64,000 nucleotides of DNA from an uncultured virus (IMG/VR IMGVR_UViG_3300050010_000596) (Duplodnaviria; Heunggongvirae; Uroviricota; Caudoviricetes), in IMG/VR virus record IMGVR_UViG_3300050010_000596. One strand, 5' to 3'. This document shows positions 56,549-64,000 of this stretch, piece by piece (the stretch's first letter is position 1; each line of letters opens with the position of its first letter). Below the pieces are notes generated by a model. That model was given only the letters and a program-made list of their open reading frames with translations. It had not been told where the DNA came from and did no database searches. A program made the position numbers and the translations under genes.

Positions 56549-58075
56549 TCACGCGATGTAGTTTTGGAGAACGGTCAGCTCACAGAGGTCCGCAAAGTCG
56601 GGCTCCGTGGCCAAGGCTCCCAGGAAGGCAAGTTTATAGAACGCATACTGCCGTACAACCTGCTCCGCATCGGCAGATGCTTCCTTGGTCTGACCGGGAT
56701 AATTGAACCCCGGAATAGGCAAGGAACGTAACGCTGACCGCAGGACGCGGGTCTCGACGGCCGCTCGATCCAAGGAATACCATTGGGCGTTCTTTTCCGC
56801 CCACCTACGCTGCGACACGGGGGCCAGTTGAGGTGCAGGGACGTAGGGGTTGGATGCGAGCTTTTCCGTCAGACAATTGTCTAAGGCCAAGCGATTGAAC
56901 ACTCCAGGAAGGCGCTGGAACACGCTCTCCGACAGGGCCGCCGCTTTCACGACGTCCCCTTTGCAAACCAGCCGCACGAAATCGCGAACAGGCATGGCGA
57001 TCTTCTGGCCCGCCAACGCATGCAACGCCGTAGCCAGTTTCCTGGAGCCAGGCTCCCCTAGACCGGTGAGGTCCATGGGAGGCTGCAACGACGACGTGAA
57101 CGCGCAGGCGACCGCCCGCTGACGCAGCGACGGATCTGTTTCCACTTGTGATTCGATGGACGCCAGCTTGTACAGCAGGGCGTTCCGTAAGGTCTGCTCC
57201 GCCGACTTGTTCGAGAACAGCGAAGTCTCTCCGTTCTCAATGGCGTACAGGTCAGCCAGCTCGGCACCGCCGATGACATGGCCGTCGCTGGCGGCCTTGG
57301 TGAGATAGTCCGCTTTCCAGCCGTAGCAGTTGTGATACGCCGGGCGGATTACCTCGGAGAGGTCGAAGAAGTCGGAGTCGGGATTCTCGACGTACTGTTG
57401 GAAGCCGTCTTCGCCGACCTTGGTCAGGCCATGCTTGCAGCCGAACATGTGGCGGCCGGAGTCGCTGATACAAGTATCGTCGGTGCAATACTCGTCGCGG
57501 TTGGCGGCCTTATTGCCGCAGTTGGCGCACACGTCGTGGGCCACCTTGCAGGCCATGCTCCAGGCCACGTCGTCGCCCCGTTCGATGCGGGCCAGGCTCT
57601 CGGCCAGCATCGGTAGGCCACCATTGCGCTCGGCCGCTTCCTTGTCCATGTTGCCGATGGTGAGGCATTCGATCCGCCGCATGGCGTCGTTGTACGCGGC
57701 CAGCTTGACGTTGCCGTAGTACGGATCGCCCTTCTCCGCCTTGTTGCGGTGGTGGCGGAAATACTTGGCGTGCTTGGCAAAGGACTGGAAGCAACCTTTG
57801 CAAGAGGCTTCCTTCCAGGCGTCACCGTTGCGATTGGGGCCGTAGCCCTCGGTGGAGCCCACGGCCAAGATGTGGATCGGCAGGTCGCCCTTGGCGAGCT
57901 TGATAAGGCCCCGGTCCAGGGCGTCCACGAAATGATGGTGCCCGGCACGCTTCTCCAAGAAGGCACGGCGGTCGTTGCCGATCAGGCCCCGCGAGGAGAC
58001 CTTGACGATCTGCACGCACTGGTCCGCCATGCGGGGCCAGCTGCCAATGGGTACGATCTTTTCCAACATCGTCAC
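56549..58075 (-). CDS. Prohead (capsid maturation) serine protease with Zn-ribbon insertion
   Basis: GPNRNGDAW, FRHHRNK (His), WSMACKV.HDVCANCGN (Ser + CxxC), FFDLSEVIRPA. Confidence 0.75.
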   Translation of the reverse strand: MTMLEKIVPIGSWPRMADQCVQIVKVSSRGLIGNDRRAFLEKRAGHHHFVDALDRGLIKLAKGDLPIHILAVGSTEGYGPNRNGDAWKEASCKGCFQSFAKHAKYFRHHRNKAEKGDPYYGNVKLAAYNDAMRRIECLTIGNMDKEAAERNGGLPMLAESLARIERGDDVAWSMACKVAHDVCANCGNKAANRDEYCTDDTCISDSGRHMFGCKHGLTKVGEDGFQQYVENPDSDFFDLSEVIRPAYHNCYGWKADYLTKAASDGHVIGGAELADLYAIENGETSLFSNKSAEQTLRNALLYKLASIESQVETDPSLRQRAVACAFTSSLQPPMDLTGLGEPGSRKLATALHALAGQKIAMPVRDFVRLVCKGDVVKAAALSESVFQRLPGVFNRLALDNCLTEKLASNPYVPAPQLAPVSQRRWAEKNAQWYSLDRAAVETRVLRSALRSLPIPGFNYPGQTKEASADAEQVVRQYAFYKLAFLGALATEPDFADLCELTVLQNYIA

Positions 58076-58081
58076 AGACTC

Positions 58082-59098
58082 CTAAGTGAGGTCGCCGATC
58101 TCGTGCATCGTCTTGCGCAGCAGGTAGTGGTGCAGCAACGGCAGGCCCAGGTAACCCGCTCCGCGAATGCCTAGCGACTTGGGGTTCGCCAGCAGGTCTT
58201 TCAACATGCTGGGGGTCATCTCCTTCCCAGCTAAGCGGGCCGTCTGCCCCTCTTCCATAATGTTGCGCAATGCTTGTTGGCCAAATTCGGCCGGAGCCTC
58301 TGGCATTGTCGGGCGAGGGCCCCGGCCGTCATAGCCATGCCAATCATTCAACTCGCGATAGTGCTGCGCCATTGCGTTGGCGTGCGAATCTTGTCGCGAG
58401 TCTAAGAAGGGCTGTAAACTCGGGGGTGCGTTGCCCTTACCTGTGGCGTGGTGTAACAGCTGTTCCTTTTCGTTCTCGGGAATTTCGCCCAGGTAACGCT
58501 GCACCTCACTACGCACACCTTCCGAGCCCACGTGACTGTCTTTGCCAGGGATCAAGTCGGTGTACACTGGCTTGCGGGCGTGCTGACCCATCGCATAATC
58601 GATACCAGCTGCACCGGCAACCAATGGCGAGTCCATGGTCGCAGTGCCTAACAAAGAAGGTCCAGTGTTCTTCGCATTGAGCTTGTCTGCTTGTTGATTG
58701 AGCCCATCGAGCTGTTTCTGTTTGGCAGGGTCTAGGCCGGGTAGCGATCCGCCCTGCTCGCCTTTCAAGTAGGGCAGCAAGTAGCTGCCGCCCAGACCGA
58801 CTCCGGCTCCTGCCAGGGCCCCGGTGAGCATGCTGTTGCCGGTCTGCCGCTCTTCGGGATCTTTCCCCAGGCTCGACAGGCCGCCCAACAGCGCACCGCC
58901 CCCCGCTCCAGCCAAGGTGCCGGTGAGCTGGGGGTGTTGCGACATGTAGTCCATCGCCTGGCCTCCGTAGTCCTTCAGCTGCGACATGTCGAAGCCGAAG
59001 GCCTGCTTCTGGAGCTGGCGAACCTCGCGCATCACAACTGCCCGCTTGGCGAGCAGTTCGATGGCTTCTGGAAGTGTGCTAGGAGAGAAGGTAGCCAC
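58082..59098 (-). CDS. Glycine-zipper internal virion (ejection-type) protein
   Basis: GTLAGAGGGALLGGL and GALAGAGVGLGG after LAKRA/QKQAF. Confidence 0.55.
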   Translation of the reverse strand: MATFSPSTLPEAIELLAKRAVVMREVRQLQKQAFGFDMSQLKDYGGQAMDYMSQHPQLTGTLAGAGGGALLGGLSSLGKDPEERQTGNSMLTGALAGAGVGLGGSYLLPYLKGEQGGSLPGLDPAKQKQLDGLNQQADKLNAKNTGPSLLGTATMDSPLVAGAAGIDYAMGQHARKPVYTDLIPGKDSHVGSEGVRSEVQRYLGEIPENEKEQLLHHATGKGNAPPSLQPFLDSRQDSHANAMAQHYRELNDWHGYDGRGPRPTMPEAPAEFGQQALRNIMEEGQTARLAGKEMTPSMLKDLLANPKSLGIRGAGYLGLPLLHHYLLRKTMHEIGDLT

Positions 59099-60467
59099 GG
59101 AGTGCCCTCGCTTCTTTCTGTTCTGCCTTGGTGGGATTTTCCGTCTGGCGAATGGTCTTCTCGATGTTCGCCATCTGTTCCGCCTCGAAGGGCTCGACCG
59201 ATCCGGCCGTCAGCCGCTTGCGGAGCAAGGGCCGCATGATCGCCGGTTGTGTGGCGGCACGCGGACTGAGCTGTGCGATCTCGTTGTAAGCCTTGGTCAC
59301 TTCTTCGGGGTGGAACCCGGCGATGACCTCGTCATTGGACAAGAAGTCCGAAAGCATGGTCCGCGATTGGATCTGCCGCAGTTCGTCGGTGTGGGTCGGG
59401 TCGTTCAGCTCGTTGACCTCGTCCTGGATCAGGTCGCTCTTGGGCTTGAGCTTGAAGGCATCGCCCAGGCCGCTGGCCATCGCTCCGCCCACCATTCCCG
59501 AGATCATGTCGGCGGACTTAACGGAGGACGCGGTTTGCATGCCCCCCAGCACCGACCGGCGCGGGGTAGTCTGGGACTGAGGGGCTCCTACGAAAGGGCG
59601 TTGCAGCTCGGCGATCTTTCCCCCGCTCTCATTGAGCAGCTGCTGATAGCGGTTGTTGATGGAAAGCATCGCGGCGGCCTTCTCGCAGCAGGCGATCAGC
59701 AGCGAGTAGGGCTCGGCGGTGAGATCCACGGCGGTGGCCACCTTGGGCAACCCCTCGGCGTGGCTGTCGCGCAGACCGTTGGCCGCGTAGACGAAGTCCA
59801 GCAAGGGGCTCACATCGGCCCCGATGGCCCGTGGGGCGTTGAATTCCACCTCGGCGAATGGCAGCCGGTCGTAGGAGGCCCGCTTGAAGTAGCCCCGCAC
59901 GGCTGTCAGCGACTGAAGGAAGCTATCCTTGGCCACGCCAACCTGGTGGCGGGCGGCTTCCACAGCCTGCTTGATCTTCTGCACCTGGCCCGAGGCCTTG
60001 GCCATCTTGATCATGGGGTCCCCGGCCGAGTCGTAGGTGTTGCGTACCTTGAGCGGCTCTGCTGCCGCAGCGGTCTTCTCGCGAGGCTTCTGCGGCAGCT
60101 GACGACTGACGGCCCACATCGGCATGTGGTTGTACTCGTCGGAGACCTGGACGCTGGCGGTCTTCAAGGCAGGCGACTGGGGCTGTGACGGAAAGAGCTT
60201 CTCCATCACGTCCTCGACCCGTGCAATGGGAAAGTCCGCCGTCTTGGCCAACACGCCGCTGCCGCCGTGCTCACGTTGATAGGTGCACCGGCCCACATTG
60301 TAGGCCTGCACCAGCAACGGCACGTAGGTCGCGGGAAGCGCATGCTCGCTGGCCACTTTGACGATGGCATCCGAAGGGCTCATCCCCTCGGAATCCACGC
60401 AGCCGGTGACCTCCCGTACTGCGTCGAGCAGCTGGGCTTCGGCTTTCTTGCTGAAGGACTTTGCCAC
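59079..60467 (-). CDS. Helical head/inner-body protein (K-x-A-rich)
   Basis: 462 aa, GAGGAG SD, many K-x-A sites. Confidence 0.65.
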   Translation of the reverse strand: MAKSFSKKAEAQLLDAVREVTGCVDSEGMSPSDAIVKVASEHALPATYVPLLVQAYNVGRCTYQREHGGSGVLAKTADFPIARVEDVMEKLFPSQPQSPALKTASVQVSDEYNHMPMWAVSRQLPQKPREKTAAAAEPLKVRNTYDSAGDPMIKMAKASGQVQKIKQAVEAARHQVGVAKDSFLQSLTAVRGYFKRASYDRLPFAEVEFNAPRAIGADVSPLLDFVYAANGLRDSHAEGLPKVATAVDLTAEPYSLLIACCEKAAAMLSINNRYQQLLNESGGKIAELQRPFVGAPQSQTTPRRSVLGGMQTASSVKSADMISGMVGGAMASGLGDAFKLKPKSDLIQDEVNELNDPTHTDELRQIQSRTMLSDFLSNDEVIAGFHPEEVTKAYNEIAQLSPRAATQPAIMRPLLRKRLTAGSVEPFEAEQMANIEKTIRQTENPTKAEQKEARALRGYLLS

Positions 60468-60469
60468 GT

Positions 60470-61435
60470 TTACTTCTCCTCTGCTAATCGCAGTTCCAGA
60501 TCCTTGATCTCTTCCAATGAGACGGGGGCCACTCCGGCCGCCAGCTGCAATGCCTCGTCGGCGCGCGGCTCGACCGCTGTGTTGTCGTACATCAGTTCCA
60601 GCTCGCTCTTGTCTTTGAAGCCCTTCTGCCCGAACCGCCAGGGGATCTGCTTGAGCATCGCCTCGGCGTTGCGATGGTAGTCAGCGGGAGCCCCGCCGCT
60701 GGCCATCTGGGCCTGCTTCTCCATCTCGATGAACTTGCCATGCAGGTTGAACAGTTCGGTGACGGTGAACTTGTTGAAGGGGAAGTCGTGCATCATGGTC
60801 GCCGAGCGACCCCGCGTCTCGCGCATGAAGCCCTTGTCCACGTAGCCGTCGCCGTCCGCTTCCTTCCAGGCCCGGCCCAGCCCCTTGAGGCTCCGCACCA
60901 GGTAGTCGAGGATGATCGGCCCGCCGTAGAAGGCGAACATCTTGACCATCATGCTCTTCTGGTAGAAGGTGGTGCTGCCGTCCGGGTTCGACTGCCGGTC
61001 GTCCCAGCGACCGACCACCACCTTGTCGATGTAGTCTTTGCAGTCCAACCGATCGCGCACGTCGAAGAAGAGCTTGTTGTACCAGCTCACCGTCGCCGGA
61101 AGCGTGCCCCAACACTTGCGGGCGATCTCGGTGTCAGTTTGCCCGGCCAGGATGCGTGCCTGGACCCAGGTGCGGTATTCCTTGTCGGGGTTGTGGTGCA
61201 GCAGGTGGGCGAAATACAAGGCAGGATCGCTGCCGAAGATCTCCATCTGCGAGTCCCGCGTCTCTCGGCCTTCCAACTGGGTGAGGAACTTGCGGTAGGC
61301 GCGGATGTAACGGTCGTCGCTCCGCGAGGCTCGCTCGGGGGCCGGGCGACGGCTGACCAACGACAACACCCGCTCGAATCGCCAAGCGGGCGATCGGAAA
61401 GGGTTGTAGAGTTCAAACGTAGCACGCAACGACAT
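60470..61435 (-). CDS. Hypothetical protein
   Basis: 321-aa ORF. Confidence 0.7.
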   Translation of the reverse strand: MSLRATFELYNPFRSPAWRFERVLSLVSRRPAPERASRSDDRYIRAYRKFLTQLEGRETRDSQMEIFGSDPALYFAHLLHHNPDKEYRTWVQARILAGQTDTEIARKCWGTLPATVSWYNKLFFDVRDRLDCKDYIDKVVVGRWDDRQSNPDGSTTFYQKSMMVKMFAFYGGPIILDYLVRSLKGLGRAWKEADGDGYVDKGFMRETRGRSATMMHDFPFNKFTVTELFNLHGKFIEMEKQAQMASGGAPADYHRNAEAMLKQIPWRFGQKGFKDKSELELMYDNTAVEPRADEALQLAAGVAPVSLEEIKDLELRLAEEK

Positions 61436-61439
61436 GGGA

Positions 61440-61453
61440 CTTAAACCTTTAAG
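61440..61453. promoter_or_regulatory. CTTAAA-NN-TTTAAG palindrome, copy 6
   Basis: cttaaacctttaag 4 nt upstream of the ATG at 61435. Confidence 0.7.
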
Positions 61454-61456
61454 AGA

Positions 61457-62053
61457 CTACCCGTACCAGTCCGAAAGACTCATCACCGTGACCCGATAGG
61501 TGTCGGCCACACTGAAGTTGAAGTAAATCTTCTGAGCCTGCCGGAAGCTGGTCGGCGGATCGTGGCAAACGTACGGCGTGCCATGCGGCTCATCGTAGCG
61601 CCAAACATGATCGCTGTCGGCGGCCTTGGTGGCTTGAAATTCGTAGTTGCCGTAACGGGTCGAGGGGACGGACATGGTGCCCGTGCCACCTTGGCTCCCA
61701 CCGACGAAGGCCTGGTCGGTGACCACGTTGCAAGGATCAGGCACGGCGGTCACCACGTGGGCCACGTTGTAGGCAGGCACGCTGCTGGAGGCCACGGTGC
61801 AGGTGTCGCCGACCGTCAGCCCGTGCGGCGTCTGGAAGGTCAGCAACGCGCAGGCTCCGTCCAAGGAGCTGACACCGAACAACGGTACGGCCAAACCTGT
61901 GAAGGCCTTGTTGTAGACCGCTGCGTTGAAGGCCCCACCTTTCAAGCCCGTGATGCGGATCTTGCTGATGCCCACCCGTGACGGAAAGTCCATTTCGTAG
62001 AACGCCGTACCGTCGCTGACGATGTCCACGATTCTTTCATACGGACGACCCAT
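61457..62053 (-). CDS. Beta-rich virion protein
   Basis: TFQTPHGLTVGDTCTVAS...YN...VTAV motif typical of beta-sandwich virion domains. Confidence 0.6.
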   Translation of the reverse strand: MGRPYERIVDIVSDGTAFYEMDFPSRVGISKIRITGLKGGAFNAAVYNKAFTGLAVPLFGVSSLDGACALLTFQTPHGLTVGDTCTVASSSVPAYNVAHVVTAVPDPCNVVTDQAFVGGSQGGTGTMSVPSTRYGNYEFQATKAADSDHVWRYDEPHGTPYVCHDPPTSFRQAQKIYFNFSVADTYRVTVMSLSDWYG

Positions 62054-62065
62054 AGTTCACTTCTC

Positions 62066-64000
62066 CTACATTGCTTCCGCAGATTGCTGAAGGTCGGGCG
62101 AGCTGAATTGCATCCCAGGGATCGGGGCAACGTCCTTTTCCTTGAGAAATAACACCACGTCTCCAACACTTTCAAAAGTGTTCCGCAGGGCGTCTTCGAG
62201 TTCGGGCAGCTCGGCCGTGCCGTACTTGTCTTTGAACTCGTCGTTGTGCCAGTAGAACACGAACAGCAACCGGCCCAGGCGATCCAATGCCCGCAGCAAG
62301 TCGCCCAGGTAACGGTTGACCAAGTTGTCTTGCCGCGAGGTGCGGATCAGCCCGGAGATCATCGCCGTGTCGAAGACCTCCTTCTGCCCTTGCTGTCCGG
62401 CCTGTTGTGCCGCCTGCATCGCCATCGGATCGGGCGGCATGTACTGCGGCAAGGGGTTGTAGGTGTTGGGGTCGGTGTTCATCGCCGACATTTCCGGCAC
62501 CGGCTGGGTCTCTTCCTGGGGGTACTGCGACATGACATCGCCATAGGCACTGTCGGCCCCCGTGGGCGGCGGATTGAAGGCTGGTGCGCCCGGACCGGGA
62601 CCTACCCACGGGCCCTGGGTGCTGGCGTAGCCGTTGTCAGCGTACTTCACGCGGAAGCTCGCCGCCTTGCCACGCAACCGCATCCGCTCGGCCTCGGCGA
62701 TGAACTCGCGGGCCTCCTTCTCGCGGAAACCGCCCCGCAGGATCAGCGAGAACAGCGCCGACCGCTTCTGCATCAGCGGACCCCGGTTGATGGAGATCTC
62801 ATTGCCGTTGCTGTACACCCGCAGCTCAGCGGTCTTCCGCATGATCTCCAACTGGATGTCGGACAGGTTGCCTGGCTCCAGTGGCGAGTCCTTGCTCTGG
62901 GAGTCGCCGCCACAGCACGGGATGTCGTCTTTCTTCTTGGTGTCCGAGACACTCTTCTCCACGCGGATGATCTTGATGTCGCTGGGGCAATAGAGCGTGC
63001 CGCCCGTGGCCCGGAACTTGGTCCCTTCCCGCTCGCTGAGCGAGATGATGTCCGCACCGTAGTAGTAGTCGCGGTCCCAGTTGTTCTGTCGGTCGATCTC
63101 CGGCATGTAACGCGGCCGGTCGTGGGAGGCATAGTCCTTGAAGCTCACCCGGTACTTGTCCCCACCCAGATCTTCCTCTACCCGGAAAGGACAGGTACCC
63201 TGGCTCTTCTGACTGAGGATCACATACACGCCGCCCTTACTGAGGCTGGCCTTGCCCTGCTTGTCGAACCAGGTCTTCCAGCCATCCTTCTCGTCCTCGA
63301 TCATGGGCTTGGCGTAGAGCGTGGAGCGGTGGGCGTTGATCCAGTCCTTGGGTTCCAGGCGGACCACGGTGGAGAAGTCCTGCTGGCCTTCGTTGTTGAA
63401 GGGCTGGGCAATCACCAGGCACTTGGCAAAACCCTGCGGCTTGACCAGCATCTCGTAGATCCCGGTCGCGTCGGGGTTGGACAACTCAACCATCACCTGA
63501 GTGTTGTACTTCTTGGAGACTTCTTCGCCGTCCCGCATGTCCTTGACCAGGTAGCCATCCCGCTTGAGCTTCTGCTTGTCGCCGTCCTGGAGCTTGACGT
63601 TATGGGTGATAGCAGCGTCTTCATCCACATGGATCTCGACCTTGGGCCCGGCTGCCTCCTTCACCGGCTCGGGACCCCGCAGCACGTGCGAGACCTTCAT
63701 CCGAGGCGGAGCCTTGGGTAGCAGGCCACCCAGGACATTCAGGCGCGCAGGCTTGGCCTCTGCCTGCTTCACAGCCAGGGCCCGGTGGTGCAGCAAGGCA
63801 TCCTTGAGCAGGTCGTCGCCATAGAACCTCCGCGCGGATGAGGCCAAGGCCGGATACCGTTCAAAGGTCTCCATGGCGGTCTTGCACATGCCCAGGTCGG
63901 CACGCAAAAACTCGGCCAGCGTCAACCGCTGGTCTAGCCCGGCATACTTTTCCAACTTGGATGGCTGCTCGGTCAACAGGCTGCCCATGATTGGGGCGAA
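62066..64000 (-). CDS. Large head-associated protein, 5' end outside the window
   Basis: Frame open to the window edge; EKYAG, CKTAM, VKQAE, VKEAA, RKTAE, VKYAD. Confidence 0.7.
   Translation of the reverse strand, partial: FAPIMGSLLTEQPSKLEKYAGLDQRLTLAEFLRADLGMCKTAMETFERYPALASSARRFYGDDLLKDALLHHRALAVKQAEAKPARLNVLGGLLPKAPPRMKVSHVLRGPEPVKEAAGPKVEIHVDEDAAITHNVKLQDGDKQKLKRDGYLVKDMRDGEEVSKKYNTQVMVELSNPDATGIYEMLVKPQGFAKCLVIAQPFNNEGQQDFSTVVRLEPKDWINAHRSTLYAKPMIEDEKDGWKTWFDKQGKASLSKGGVYVILSQKSQGTCPFRVEEDLGGDKYRVSFKDYASHDRPRYMPEIDRQNNWDRDYYYGADIISLSEREGTKFRATGGTLYCPSDIKIIRVEKSVSDTKKKDDIPCCGGDSQSKDSPLEPGNLSDIQLEIMRKTAELRVYSNGNEISINRGPLMQKRSALFSLILRGGFREKEAREFIAEAERMRLRGKAASFRVKYADNGYASTQGPWVGPGPGAPAFNPPPTGADSAYGDVMSQYPQEETQPVPEMSAMNTDPNTYNPLPQYMPPDPMAMQAAQQAGQQGQKEVFDTAMISGLIRTSRQDNLVNRYLGDLLRALDRLGRLLFVFYWHNDEFKDKYGTAELPELEDALRNTFESVGDVVLFLKEKDVAPIPGMQFSSPDLQQSAEAM

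Noticed and set aside
3985..63721. Long plus-strand ORFs such as 3985..5475, 8255..8938, 36367..37764, 39671..41251, 54908..56389 and 62246..63721
   Set aside because: Antisense shadows of GC-rich minus-strand genes with no motifs or SD
58082..64000. Portal or terminase among the upstream head genes
   Set aside because: No Walker/RNase H or portal motifs recognised; these genes are probably outside the window

Overview
GC-rich fragment of a large contractile-tailed (myovirus-like, probably jumbo) phage genome, almost all on the minus strand. From right to left it carries a head module (K-x-A-rich head proteins, prohead protease, scaffold-like protein, decoration protein, major capsid protein), neck and tail genes (adaptor, terminator, sheath, tube, spike/hub, chaperones, tape measure, gp25-like and J-like baseplate proteins), a FliA-like sigma factor, a family of Cys-rich tail paralogs, a collagen-like fibre and several glycosyl-/sulfo-/methyl-transferases. 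A three-gene plus-strand cassette (holin-like, exported CxxC protein, papain-like peptidase) and three HNH endonucleases are inserted. The most striking locus is an RNA quality-control island between neck genes (44.2-46.9 kb). It holds four Y-RNA-like (YrlA-type) genes, a complete tmRNA and one more structured RNA directly upstream of a Ro60/TROVE gene, which is followed by a coupled 38-aa ORF ending in an ssrA-like degron. Other unexplained signals are a 14-bp palindrome at six gene junctions, two sigma28-like promoters, and a segment next to an HNH gene holding inverted copies of both the capsid gene and the HNH gene. All product calls come from motifs and synteny read by eye; no database searches were run.
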